Of a stretch of DNA of 64,000 nt, positions 49,206-63,033 are shown piece by piece. The translations under genes and the position numbers were made by a program. A model generated the notes under the pieces. It ran no database searches. It saw only the letters and a list, made by a program, of their open reading frames with translations, and had not been told where the DNA came from. Every line of letters begins with the position of its first letter. The first letter of the stretch is position 1. Source of the DNA: Tricharina praecox (lineage: Eukaryota); the NCBI RefSeq assembly GCF_024521635.1, contig NW_026250436.1, forward strand, positions 1 to 64,000, written 5' to 3'.

Positions 49206-52200
49206 CAGGTAGCCCGCAACATCCCCCGACCTCCAGCAGATAAACGCACAAGCGCCAACCTCCAACCTCCAACCGCTAACCGCTAACCACCGGCTTCACG
49301 TGGAAAAGAGAAGAGCAAGAGCAAGAGAAACGGAAAGGGGGCATTGACCGTGACGCCCGCGACCGGCCGCCGTCCGCCGTCCGCTGTCCGCCATACTCTA
49401 CTCTACCTACTCCATAGCCAGGGTCGCAGTGCATGGTTGCATGGTTGTATGGTTGGATAGTGAATGAAACCCTGAGTTATGGGGGGTTGGGATCGAGGGA
49501 TCGGGGCATCGGTGATGGGGGGGAGGGGGGGATTGGAGGAGGACTTACGTAAGTAGCACATGGGGAGGAGGAGGAGGAGGAGGAGTGTGCGTGAGAGAGT
49601 AGATTACAGACTGCCGGTGGTACACATACCGGTACGTTGCGGTGGGCGTGGGAACAATGCATTCAGAATTCCGGAAGGGGATCGGCCATGGTCCATGGCG
49701 ATGGTGATACTCTATGATAGGGCCAGCGGATCCAGGAGGGATTGAGTACGTACCGTACCGTGGATGTGACCGGAAGCTGTCGAGACTCAAAACTCGAAAG
49801 GCAGCCGACAAACTCGCGCAGAGTTCATCCCGTCCACTCGGGTGGTTAGAGTGCAACATGCAAAGTGAGTGTAAGTGCAGAGTGGAAAGTGTGATTGCCG
49901 ACATCACCAGTTACCACGTTCACCGAGATTGGAAGTCTGGAATAGTACACCGCACGACAGCTCAGGACAGGTCAGGCCAGCGCCAATCGCGCCTATGTAC
50001 TACGATCCCAATCCGAAGGGAAATGATAAATCTTGGAAAAGCACACATGCGGGATTTACAGGTATGGCAGGCTGACGAAACCGGAGAATGCCGTAGGGAG
50101 GATGTCCGATCGAGACACGACTGGGGCTTTGTAGTTGGGGGGTGAGACCGGGCAGGGACCTGGTGAGACCAACTGTTATGGAGCCTGGAGGTGATGCGAA
50201 GGGCATCGGAGGTGATGCCAAGGTGATTCCAAGGTGTGATGTTTGTTACGTACAAAACATAGACCCTATGCGGTCTTTTGAACGTTGAAAGTTGAACTGC
50301 TTCCTGTTATTGCTTTTCTGATAGGTATATTATTGCTGGTAGTGGTCGCTCTGTTGTTCACTACCACAGATGCCTATTTCCAAAAGTCATTGGCCTGTTT
50401 TCTTTCTTATTATGATACCTACTTTGTTTCTTCATCGAACCACGTTCACCAGTTGTTCGTAACTATCTGTCGAGGGTCTTAGATCTCTCAATATCACGCG
50501 CTCGCCGCCGGCCCACGGCTCGACGTTGCGGATCAGCCAGATACGGTATCTACTGTGGGACGCAGCGGAAACGATTCCTTGGCGCGTCTGTTTCAACCCG
50601 GAGCTGCGAACACGGCAGAGACCGATGGCCAAGAAGTTGTGAACCGACTGGGGCTCGTTGAGACCAGCTCGGTCGGGGGTGTGACCGAAGGCCAGCGGAG
50701 AGGGTTGTTGTCGTTCGATTTGAGAGCGGGCTCTGTCGAAGCTGGGAGCGGGCATGGGAGATGCACGAGCGGGGAAATTTCGCCGACGTCCTTGGCTAGA
50801 CCAGATACGGCGGGCCAAACGTTCGGAGGGCTCTGGCTTATTTTGTTGACCGGTTGTTTGGTTTTCTCATCTGTCCATCATCATCTCCTCATCTTGCCAT
50901 TCAACTTGCGGGGGTACCGGTACTTGAGGTTCATCACCTGAAGAACACAGGTAGCTATTTTTCTTCCATTATCGTTTCTCTCTCTAGTCAAATACAATTG
51001 GTCTTCTATCTTTAATCAAAGTTGTCTGAGGGTCATCTCGTCCCCCAGTGCTCCACTACCTATCCAGGATTACAGGATTCTAGGATTCCAGGCGGGCAGA
51101 GATGGGAGATCTCCCAGAGGCCAGTGATGATATGCAGGCACGCTCCCCTCCCCCCCGCCCCACTTCCACATGCGTATACACCACTCCCACATGCGTACCC
51201 TACCTACTCTGCTCTATGTACTTACTCATGAGCACTATATCGTGGCCACGTTTATAGTATCTACTCTACTTGGTACTCGGGTACGGAGGGTTGGAATGGG
51301 ACGCATCTACCAGCCATCTGGAGCCATCTAGAGCCATCTGGAGGGGAGCTGGATGCTGTTGCAGATGCTATTGGAGATAAGGATACGTCCGAATGGACCG
51401 GTGTGAGCGAAACGGCTATTTCCAATCCATTACATCCCATCCCATCCATTCATCCATGCTGCGAATTGACAATCTAGGGTCTGCGCGGAAGGAAGAGTAC
51501 ATAGTGTACTACCCAGTACATGAGGCAGCCAAACCGATTCGCAAGTCAACAAGCGGAAGGCGGAAGGGGCCAAAACAATCAATGCAATCAAGGCGGGAGG
51601 AGTCCAGTCTTCAGGCGGAAGCCCGAGGAGTCGAGGCCGAGACTGCACTGCGGTACAGTCGACGGAGAGCAAGACAACATCGCAGATTCGCAGTCGATGG
51701 CGGTAGAGTCCGTGGCAGTTGCCGCCGCCAACACCGCCACCACCACCAAACCTCGCAAGTTCGGTTCCGAGCCTCGAGAGCACTTTCGGAGAACTGGCCC
51801 AGCCCAGTGCTCACTAATTCAGGACAGTTTTTCTTTTTCTTTTCCTAGTATAACTCGTACTTGTGAGCATCTTGCTGACTCTACTACCGTATATAGTACC
51901 CGAATGCTCTTGCTCCTGCTGCCTGCTCCTAGGACCTGCCGAAGCGATAGCGAACGCGAGCAGATCCGCTGTCTGTCGAGAATAGGGGCACACCCACTTA
52001 CCACAGAGTACTCAGTTACCGGGTAGGTATAGTTATGTACCTGATGTGTACTCTACTCGTACCTGCCTATGGTACAGTACAGTCATCCGCCGCACCCGCA
52101 GGCCGCCCCCCTCCCCCCCCTCCTCCCGGTTTCACCCCACACGCACCTTACTATATCTACACGCACCGCACACGCACCGCGAGCGAGTGATGACTTCGCA

Positions 52201-55033
52201 CCCCCAACTGGCCCAAATGGCAACCGCGTCCCGACGGTTCCGAGCACACTACTAACTAACTAATAGTTGCTAGTAGTTACTCTACAAAATGCAGGGACCC
52301 AGGATCGAGCGGCGCGGCGCTTGAAACCGCTGCGACGCTTGAGACGCTTGAGACCGCCGTGACAGCCGTGACAGCTGTCGGGGGAGGGCGAGGTCACGGT
52401 TTGCCTTTCCCTTCGCGGTGTCCAGTTTGTACATGCCAGTACTAACTGGTACATACTAGAGCAAAGTAGGTACTCGCCGGCCCCCAAGTGTTTCGCTTTT
52501 CGCTCTTCGCTTTCGTCCGAGGTTTTGAGACGCTGAGACGCTGAGACTTGGAGGCGGCCGCGCAGGTCAAGTCACGCTCCATCCCTCCTGCCCTCGCTCC
52601 TCGGGAGGCGTACTAGTACTACTACCTAGTAGTAGTGGGAGTAGTGGGCAGGCCGGTTTTTCGGGCCCCGATTCCAGGATCTGTGGGGGGGGCTGGAACT
52701 CTACTCAGGAGTGCGGCGGGAGCTGCGTGCAAGAGAATTTAAATCGCAAAACGGTGAGAGAGAGAGAGGACAGAGAGAGAGAAACAGCAGACGTAAGTAA
52801 GCACTTGTCCGGACTCCGCACGCGACTGCGGCGTTGGATGCAGCACTCAATGGGGAGGGGGAGGGGGGTTTAACCGGCGGACGGGGATGCTGCTGCTGCT
52901 GCTGCTAACTAGTGCTGGCGCTGCTGCTGGTCCTGGTGCTGGTACTGGTGCTGGTGTTTTGTGGGGACGGAGGGGCTAGTTTAGCTTGCTTTGGCTGATA
53001 ATTTAGGGGCTGGCTCCGAGGGATGGCTCCCTCCGAGGGTGGGGGGAAGGCTTGTTCGGCTACCAGGTAGCTATCATAGTGGGATTGGCAGAGAGGGAAG
53101 CGGACGAACAGGAGCTGAGGGTTGAAGAAGGCGAGAAGGCTTGTTTGGCCAGCTAGTGGAATGTGGGATTGGCTGGGGGATTGGCTGGGGGACTTCCACG
53201 AACAGTCGCAGTGAATATCTGGACGAACAAGAGGAGGAGAGGGGCCAACTCCATATCATAACTGCACTCCATATGATGGCGACATATAGGTGGGCACGAC
53301 ATGCACATCGGTGTCTTACCGCTCGGATGTGATGGCCACGCGAGGATATTTATTGCACCACATACCGGTGCTCGACGACGACAACGACGACGACATGTGC
53401 AATCATCGGCTCGGTTTCGAAACCGACAAAAGAAAGCATAAAAGCATAAAAGCATGGAAGCGTGAAAGGGATAGATCATAGATACGCACGCACGCAGGGA
53501 AACTGCTCGTGCCCACAGCGCCCTCTCCCCGCATGCGACAGACAGATGGACAGGTGCTATTGCTATACGGTAGTTAGTGTGTAGATTCGTGCTAGTATGG
53601 GCATCTACCGGCGTGCTGCGTGTTTTTTATTTCTTTTTTCTCGTCAGAACCAACGTCGTGGATAAAGTTGACGGGTGGATGAAGGTTTCTGCAGCGACGA
53701 GGCGGGAGTCCACACTAGCATCGGGAGTGGAAGGAAGGAAGCCGTGGACATCGCATCGGGGGAGAGCGAGAGGGAGGGAGAGAGAGTGAGGGAAAGAAAG
53801 AGGCCCACGACGACGACGCCGAATGAGGGAGCGAGCCAACATTGAACCACCGAAGTACCGAGCCGCCGAGCCACCGAGCACCGAACTACCGAAACGCCGA
53901 GCCCTCCTCAGGTGGGATATCCTCCGTCCAGCGCGGTCGGCCACCCACGCCTCTTGTCAGTCCGATGACTCGCTGGCTGGCGGCTCGCGGAAGTCACCGA
54001 AGCACGGCGGAGAGACACGGCGAGCGCGGCAGAGGCACGAGTCGTAACGACGCTATGCAAGCCCCGCTGCTGCTGCTGCTCGGCCACGAGACGCTTTCCG
54101 GACGGATTGGCGTCGGGACTAGGCATTTAGTTAGGTGCTTTTACCTGGGTATGTAACTCCTCCGTCATAGTCACTTCCTTACTCTGGTTCCCCAGTACTA
54201 GGTATAATTATTATGGCATCTACCGTAGTCGCCCGCATAGCTCTCCGGGAACAAAGAACGCCCTGCTCTGCCCTGCCCTGTCCGGCCTCAAAGAAGAAGC
54301 CCATTCATCACATTCACCGCACACAAAAAATAAAGGCATTGTAGCTGTTTGAACTTTGTGCGAAGGATCCTAGCAATATTACCGAAATACCGGCTTTCAA
54401 ATTTCCTCCCTCCCCCTCCCTCGCAGAGACAGAGTACTCTGCCTACTAAGCCCGGCCGCTTAGCCTGCACGTCCATTGCTGTGTGTATTATGCTGTAGTG
54501 GCTGCTCGTGCTTCTGCTGCTGCTGCTCACCCAAGTTGTCTCCCCGACTCCACGGTTTCGAAATGATATAGTGCCAGCCCTCGCCTCCCCCCCCGTTCCG
54601 CCCCCCCACCCCCCTCCTCATAATCCCATGCAGGGCTCGAAAAGCGATCGAAATCGCATTGTTCTATCCCTTCTTTTCCTCTTCATCCTCCTCCTCCTCC
54701 TCCTCCTCCTCCTCCTCTGCAGCTCGCTCGCTGTGGTACCGGGCAGAAAGAGGACTGCTGCAATGTGGGTGCTCCCTCCTCCTCCACCCTTCACCCTCCG
54801 TGATCGTCATCGCATATCCCATCTTATATCCTAGACTCCCACACTCCCACACTCCTAGCCCGCTACATGCCCCCCAGCTATCGGGATTACCTCCACCTCT
54901 TCTCCCCTTCTCCCCCCCTCTTCCCTTCTCTTCCCTTCTCTTCTCTTCTTCCCCTTCACTCTTCGACAGTGCCTGACCCCGTCCGTTCGATCATGCAGCA
55001 GCGACAGCAGCAGCAGTACACGTCCGTCGAACC

Positions 55034-56329
55034 ATGGCGTATTATCCATATCCACTCAGTCTCGATCCGCTGCCCTCCCACCTCCGGCCCGGGCTCATCG
55101 TGATCTCCGTTCTCGCCCTCCTCTCCCTCTTCGGTACCGTCGCCGCCGCCTCGTTCATCGTCTACCGCCTCTTCAACCGCAAACGCTACCAAGCCGCCCC
55201 GCTCCGCTACAACCAATCCCTCATCCTGATCCTGAACCTCCTCATCGCCGACATCCAGCAGGCCCTGTCCTTTGCCTTCTCGCTGCACTGGATTAGGAAC
55301 AATGCCATCCTTGCGCCCACCGGAATCTGCAATGCCCAGGGCTGGCTGGTGCAGATTGGTGATGTGTCGAGTGGCCTCTTCTCGCTCGCAATCGCCCTCC
55401 AGACCTTCTACATCATCGTGCTCCAGAGGAAGCTCGAGTACAGGACTTTCCTCTGGTGCGTCGGTGGCATCTGGGCCTTCTGTCTGACCGTCTCACTCGT
55501 AAGCCCGTTAATGCACTTGGGCGAACAGCTCTTTGTCAGCGCGGGTGCGTGGTGCTGGATCTCGGATAAGTACCATGACGAGGTGCGTTTTCACTTTCAC
55601 TTGCACTTTCACGGTACAATGACGAACTAATCGTGCACAGCGCCTTCTTGTCCATTACCTCTGGATCTTTATCTGTGAATTTGGACAGTTGCTCCTCTAC
55701 GCTAGTTTGTCCCCCCACCCGCCGTCTCATCGATAGCAGTACAATAGTAGTGTAGTGCCCCTCACTGACACCTTCGCCTAGTCATCTCAATCTTCCTGCG
55801 TCGCAATGCCACCCTGGCCCAAGTCTCGGGCGTGCAAACGCGCACCATCCAGCGCGTGGCGCGACTGATGCTCGTCTACCCGATAGCTTACACCTGCTTG
55901 ACGCTCCCCCTCGCCGCCTTCCGCATGGCCTCCCACTCGCGAAACCGACCCCCGGACAGCGTGCTCCTCTTCGCGGGCGCCTGCATGGCCTCCTGCGGCT
56001 GGGTCGACGTGCTCCTCTACCTCGTGACGCGGCGCACCATCGTCAGTCTACAGCAACACTCGATGGTATCCCGCAACACGGGGAGCGAAGGGGGCGGAGC
56101 AGCGGGGAATGACATTCAGCTGTCGCGGGGCGCGACCATGTACGGCCCTGGAACCGTCATCAATGCGGGAAACGGCGAGAGTGATTCCCGGGCAAGCTCG
56201 CAGGAGGGCTTCGTCAAGATGCAGCAGGAGGTGCAGGTCCTGTTTGAGGACGCCCTGAGCCCGAGGGCGGCGGCCGCCGGAGAGGGTCTGCCCATGGGGA
56301 ACTCGGTCAATGTTTCCATTGGGAGGTGA
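55034..56329 (+). CDS. Git3/Gpr1-family G-protein-coupled receptor (7TM), 2 introns
   Basis: Hydrophobic helices with LILNLLIAD, CNAQGWLVQIGDVSSGLF, AGAWCWI, RLMLVYPIAY…LPLA..RM and CGWVDVLLY. Introns at about 55583-55640 and 55705-55781. Confidence 0.85.
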
Positions 56330-56454
56330 TTTTGCTCAAGTATCGTCTGCGTATGTATGTACACTTGTGCTGTTGTGTTGTCTTGGGTCGCAATTGATTG
56401 GGAGTACGGTACGGATCTGGAGTTGTATGTGTCACGATTTTTTGGCCTTGTTAC

Positions 56455-56530
56455 TGTTTTCTTTTTTTCTTTTTTTCTTTTTGTCTTTTTTTCTCTTTTT
56501 CTTTTTTTCTCTTTTTCTTTTTTTCCTTTA
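56455..56530. repeat. Pyrimidine (T/C) low-complexity tract 3' of the GPCR
   Basis: ttttctttttttctttttttctttttgtcttttt…. Confidence 0.85.
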
Positions 56531-58014
56531 GATGCCCTTTCATCTTTTTTCATCTTCTTAGATACGGTCTCTTTTCTTTTGTTCTATCTATTGGCTTGCT
56601 CTGCTCCACTCGCTTCGTTCGGAATAGGGGGAGGAGAAGGGAGGGGGGGCCATGGCTGTAAGTATGCTTTGCTGGAAATAAAGATGTACATGAGGTAGGT
56701 AGTATGTAGGTTGTGTATGTAGGTTGTGTAATCAACAGGATCAGGCGAGGCGAATCATTTGGATAAAATAATACATAATACCGCGATTGAGTGCGCTTAC
56801 ATATGTGCTTACATACTTTATGCCGACCGCGGGAGTTGTTAATAGACAGTTGGTTGGTGGTGATCCCTGAAGTTGAGCTCGGTGGAGCGGATATACTCCG
56901 CCGCTGCCTCGCCGTCGTTGTTACTGGACTGGATAGGCAGGTCCTTAGGTGGATGGGTAGGTGGATATAGAGCATGATCGAACGGCAATAGATGGGATCA
57001 CTGAATGCAGAGCAGGATTGCAAATCAAAGCAAAGCAGAGCAAAGCAGAGCTGAGCAGGTAGGAAGGCAGGTGAATAGGTGGAGTAGTTGTGGGACCATT
57101 GGGATGGGAAAACACGCTGGTCGAGATGCGGGAATTGCGGGGTACTCTGTACATGGACATCCACTGGTCCTCAGATCGGATGAGTAGTCTCGTTCACCCC
57201 ATTGATGCGTATGGGGGTGGGGAAGATGCGCGGAGGAGCGGGCTGGGGGAGGTGGGGGTGGGGATGGGGTTACGTACAGGATGTCAAGTGATTACCAGTG
57301 AGGATGTCAAGTCAAATGAACTGGTGGAGCGCTGGGTGTCTCGGATCGGGATCGGGAGCGGTGTCATAGTTTATCACCCATGGGGGCCAGCTGCCAGTGC
57401 CGAAGGAGGCCAACGCCGAACGGACGGACGGACGGCTTGCCGTGGAACTACCGGTATCATGGTACGCTGCGGTAAGGTACGATATGGTGTACTACGGGAC
57501 ATAACCAACGCAGGGTACGGTCGTGGATAGGGAGTCGTGACGGAAGGGGATGGTGACGGATAGTGATTGTTTCGTCCCATACCTCCACAGTCCACCACTC
57601 GGTCGTGAAGCGAATTTTGGCGCCGTCTTTCCCCGCAATTGTAATTAGAACCACAGGCCATCGGCCATCACAAGTGCAGATCCACCGCCACCACTAATAC
57701 CGTGCAGTGACGGCGTGCGCCTCCAACTTCCAAGCCCTCCAAGCCCGCCACGAGCCCGCTATATACTTGTGCACCCCGCTATTTGTGCAGCCCTATGCTA
57801 GTGAACCAAACTTCAAACCATGACGGTAGCGGTATTCCATTGCTTCTATCGGGATCCCCTTCTATTTATGATACTCGGCAGTAGATCTTCCTTGCCCCCC
57901 CCCCCCGCCCCCCCCGAGCGCCACCGGACCAGCGGATGCAGTAGTTACCGACCGGTCATTTACGCCCACCTCCTGCAGCACTTGGCTTCAACCACCTATA
58001 TACCCAACATCCCA

Positions 58015-59822
58015 CTACACACCCGCCAACCCCGCGATCCCGTCCCTTACACTCCCGACCGCGCAAGCTACCACAACCGCGACTCCCAACGCAACCATAG
58101 CCAGACTCCCCATCGCGGCGGCCCTGGGCTCTCCCCTTTGTAGCAACCACGCGGTCGCCACAGCACTGCCATTAGCGCCCAGTGCGACACCTCGGACTAC
58201 ATACTCGCCCTCCCCTACTCCCAGCAGCCGCAATATTCGCGGTCCCACGAGCACGCCAAAGATCCCCGAGGTGATGCACAGTACCGCGAGGAACTGCGTG
58301 TCCCCGCCTAAGTTTGCGACAGCGGGCTGGGCGAGTGCCAGGGTCAGGCTGCGGGCGGAGAAGGCGAGCGCGCGGGCGGGCGCGATGCCGAGCGTGGAGC
58401 AGAGAAGGGGGTAGAGGGTTAGGCTGCCGACGGAGAGGAGGAGCGTGGGCAGCACGATCAAAGGCAGGTGTGAGAGCAGCGCGCTGCGGTGGCTGTACAT
58501 TGGCAAGGCCAGCGCGACGATCGAGACGTCTAGGAGCGCGGCGAAGATGTTGCCTGCGCCTGGGGGGGCGAGGGAGGGGGTGGAGCGGAAGAGCGATAGG
58601 TATGTGCTCGGGGTCTTGTAGGTCTTTAGGGCGTGCTTGAACGGTGTGTGTGTGCTGGCGGAGAGCAAGTAGACGCCCAGGATCGTCAGCGCGGCGCAGG
58701 TGAGTACCGGGTGGAGCATGCGCTGGTACTGTGGAGGCACCCGCCGCGCCAGCAGGAAGAATAGCGTGGTAAGGCTCAGGTGCGCGGGCATGACGTAGCC
58801 GGTGCTGTACAGCACCGGCAGCGAGCCCAAAAACAGTGCCCCATACGTAATCTCGTCGAAATATGTAGTCCCCACCGCCGCCATCCTCTGCGCGCGCGAC
58901 GGCGGTGGGCTCCGCGGTGGGGTTGCAACCCCCAGTGCCGGTGCCGGAGACGGCGTTCGCGAAGGAACATGCCGCCCGTGGATGAGCCGCTCCGGCAATC
59001 GTGTGCACAACGGTCCCACCCCGCGCAGCCGCTGCGTCTCCGCCGTCGGCTGTGGTGCCGGCGGCATAGACACCGTACTCGACGGCAGCAACGCCGTCTG
59101 CGATTCCGGCATCTCCGCGAGCTGTATTCCCCCATCATCCTCATCCTCATCCCTGGCCCTCCGCGCCTTCGGCAGGACCATTTGCAGGCCGCGGACGATG
59201 TAGACCGTCGCCGCGGTAGCCACGACAAAGCCGACCACTGTCCGCATCAGCCCCCCATCCCACCATCCCACCATCCCAACCCATCCCCCAGCTCGAAGGA
59301 ACTTACAGAAAACCCCCACAATCTTCCCCACCTCCGCGGCGCCCACGCTCGGCGACAGTGGGAGGAGCACAAACGACGGCACGAAGAAGAGGTTGATATA
59401 CTTGAGGGCGAACGCCGCCTATTCTCCCCCGCATCAGCTCCCGTCGCCCGGACTCTCAAGAGGGCACGTCACTTACGGGCACATCCACCACCGCAACCAC
59501 GGCCTTAACCCTCCTCCCGCCCACCACCGGCTCGAGCGCGATCAGCCCGAGAAAGAGTAGCAGCATTGCCGCCACACTCGCGGGGAAGGCGACGCCCGAA
59601 AGCCGGATCACGCTGTCGAGGCCCCATAGCGCCACGAGGGTCAGTACGGTCCCTAAAGGGACGAGAAGCCAGGCCCGGCAGAGCCGGAAGAGTTGCTGCT
59701 TTATCGTCTGGATGCGGCGGGGTCAGTGTCTGGAGATTGGAGGAGAGGAGGGGACGGACTATGGACATCGCGGCAGCAAGGTCGCCGACTAGTGCGCTGT
59801 CGGGCCGTATGAGTTGCGACAT
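58015..59822 (-). CDS. LrgA/CidA-LrgB/CidB fusion membrane protein (PLGG1-like transporter), 3 introns
   Basis: Spliced N-terminal part …VAFPASVAAMLLLF…INLFFVPS (LrgA-like). C-terminal part LHPVL, SIVALALPMY, FSARSLTLALA, GIFGVLVG and RGVALGANGSAVATA.L (LrgB-like). Confidence 0.85.
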
Positions 59823-60298
59823 CGTGAGGGCACTCTGAACGTATAGCTGCTGCTTTATGGTTCGCGAGGCGGGTGGGAGGAGTCGCGTGCGCGAGTGAGA
59901 GGGAGTTGTGGATGACGCATGGAATGTCTGGATGTATGACGCAGACGCAGGGTGTCGCTGGCCATGTGTTAGCGCTGGAGATTGACAGAGGCGACGGCTG
60001 CTTAAGGGTTATCCGAGAGCCAAGAGGCAATGATCCCTGTCAGTCCCTGGTTCGTCATGGAATATGCCTCGTCAAGACATGTGCCACTGAGCATCAAGCG
60101 GAAAGGTTAAGTTTGAGGTCCCCATAGTTTAGACATGCCAATGCAAAAATAAATGATGCTCTCTCTCCGAGCATCAAGCATCAAGTTACGCTACTATACA
60201 TCTTCCCAGCCATCGGCAATAAGATGCCCTGAACGAGTGCATCGTCTCAATTCATCAACGTGAAATTCCATCACGCATATCCATTAGCTAAATACAAA

Positions 60299-63033
60299 TC
60301 ACGGCCTATCGCACTCAATAATGAGTGCCTCAAGTTTCTTTCTGGTCGACTCGACCAATACTCCCCTACGCACAGCCAGTCAGTCAGTAGTGATCAGTGA
60401 TTATCGGAACGGAATGAATACGTACTCTCTCTCCAGCAAACCCATCAACATGCCCAGCTTCCCCTCGCGGATCTCCGCGGGCACAGGATCATGCACACTC
60501 TCACTGTCCACAGCCTCATCCGCTGCGACGACCAAATCCTCCACCAAGTCGCCCACGCGCAGGGTACGACTGCCGAGAGCGCCGAGCCCATCGCCGCCCG
60601 CCACACGCTCCGAGATGCGGTCGACCTCCTTCGCCCACTTCTTCTCCGCGTCGGACAAGCCGACCTCGCTCTCGGTGATGAGCCGTTTCAGCAGTGCGTC
60701 CGCGCGCTTCTGCATCTCCTCCTGCCGGGTGATGAAGGCCTCGACTCGCTCGCTGACGTTGCGGGTCTTGATGGTAGATAGCCGCGCGTGGATGTTGTGC
60801 AGCGCCTCAAGCTGCTTGCTGTATTCCAGTCGCTGAGCGGCTGCGCGGTCGTACATCTCCTGGGCGCCGGTCATGAGGGCCGAAAACTCGGTTGAGAGTG
60901 TGTCGCGGGCGTTTTCGAGGTGCCTGAGGGTTTCGGCTGTGAAGACGATTGGCTTTTTGGCATCTCTGGATATGCTGTGGAGGAACCCGGGAAGATTCGA
61001 AGGCTTGGTGAATTTGGGGCTGGGCTTATAGGGTGGCTGCAGGATATTGAGTGGTTGTGGTACGGGAATTGGGGGTGCCGACTTCCTTTGTGACTGAGAC
61101 TTTGTGCTCATCGAGAAGGAAGATTCTGATTGGCCGAAGCGTGAGGAGTTGAAAGAGGTCTCGGTGTACTCGGCGAACCGGCGGGAGGAAGGCTGTAGTG
61201 TAATGGTATCATTCGAGTCTTCGAACGGCAAGAAGGAGTCCGGTTCATCGAATGCCTTGCTTGAGAAGCCGTCGGGAAGTTTGGCGATGATAATGTAGCC
61301 GATGTAGGCTTCGTAGAGCACGGTGCAGCCCTCCACCGGAAAGCCTGGAGTCGCGCAGATTTCCTGAATCTGCGTACGCGGTGCTTTCTGAAGTGTCTTC
61401 ACGAGGAAGTCATCGTCTTCTTGGTCGTCGAGAACAGCCTCGAGCTTGCTCAGCCAGCCCTTCATCGAGAAGAGGGTTACGCCAATAATACTATTGACGA
61501 ACAACATCTGCGCCGAGTGCGGGTCCCTCGTGAAAGTCGGCCAACTGCTGTGTTTCGATCCCTCGCCGGCGTTGAATGGGAGGTTTACGGTTTCGTAGTG
61601 TGAGATCATGGGGAGATTCTGAGTCTCCAGTGACTTCATCCCCTTCTTGCCAATCCACTTGGCCGTGATCGGTTCTTCTTCCAGACAAATGTCAAGCTTC
61701 CCATTCGAGTAGATGATTCCAATAACACCGATTGGCCCCACCTCCAGATGGAAAATGTCGCAGGCAGCAGGAAGGTCATCACCCATCGGTTCCGGAGGTG
61801 CAGGTTCGAACAGGAACGGGCCTTGCAGAACTGGAGTTGGCCCAACCACCGTTGGCCTCATCAAGCACGTCGGGGTGAGTCCTTTCGGCGTATCAAACGA
61901 GGTTTGCGCATTGACAATATTCTGCCGCTGATTCAGGACATCATTGATCCACTTGGTCTGATGCCGATTCGTAACTTTCGCTTCCGGCGTAGTCTGCTCA
62001 TCGAAAGATTGTTCGGCGGTGATCTCGAGTGATAATCTCTGAATGTAACCCTGTGGAGCATCCCAGCGACTCGGAACAATCGGACTGAGCGAGTACATGT
62101 CACCACTTCGCATCAATATGTAGAGCGTGAGTGGCCGCCAGCTCTGTTCGCCCGAGCCGAAGCAACACGCCGCCGGCTCCATCTCGTCCGAATCTGCTGC
62201 GAAACCACCGACATGGCGCTTTCGGCCGCCCAGCGCGTACAGATCTAGAGACTGGTCAGGTACCTCGAACGATAGGTCGTTGCCGATGAGGAAGTCGTAG
62301 GTTCTGTGTCCGAATCATCAGCCGTGCAGCTCATCACCGGGGATGCGGATCATACCGGACATAACCATCCGCCGTCAGAACGATCAAGGAAGCGCCCTCG
62401 ACGCTCAGAGGATGCCACAGAACTCGCACTATCCTCGCGCCGGTATCGACATTGTGGTGGCCTCTGCCGATCCGATGGAAGCTAAATCGATCAGCCGGTT
62501 GCTCTACACGCAGCACTCCCACACAGGCAACCCACTGTGGCACCACCGGTCTGGCTGCATCCCGTTTAAGGAACCCCTCTCCAGGAAGCACACAGACGGC
62601 CACCTCCTTCTCTCCGACGATCGCCAGGTACAAATCATCTTGGCTGATCTCGAGTTGTCTAATCTCGAAGTCGATCTGCGGGATATTCAAAGCCTGGATA
62701 GTGGTCAATACCAGCAGCAGTAGCGACAGCAGTCCCCGCATTCTCACCGTGACGAACCTTGTATTCCCTGTGTCCCACCTTCTTCGCCTCCTCTGCGACC
62801 ACATCGAGACCCGGGTGCCTCGCCTTGAGATCCTGAAGGTCTGCACATCGCACCTTGTTTCCGCGGCCAACAAAGATCTCCGAGCCTCGAGTCGCGATCA
62901 ATCGTTTTGGAGACACACCGGAGGTAGAATCGGAGGGGGTCGAGGGTGTGAATGTTGAGGGCGTGCTAAACAAATCGTACCCCGTCGAGGGCTTGCTTAG
63001 CCAGGAAAGTTGTTCCTCCACAACCTTCGCCAT
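60299..63033 (-). CDS. NUP82: Nucleoporin Nup82/Nup88-like; multi-intron
   Basis: Beta-propeller segments FEIRQLEIS…LAIVG, VLWHPL…LIVLTADG..R and W.PLTLYILM.SGD.Y.L.P, then LQGPF and a C-terminal coiled coil with LSDAEKKW..EV. Last intron at about 60365-60424. Confidence 0.8.
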
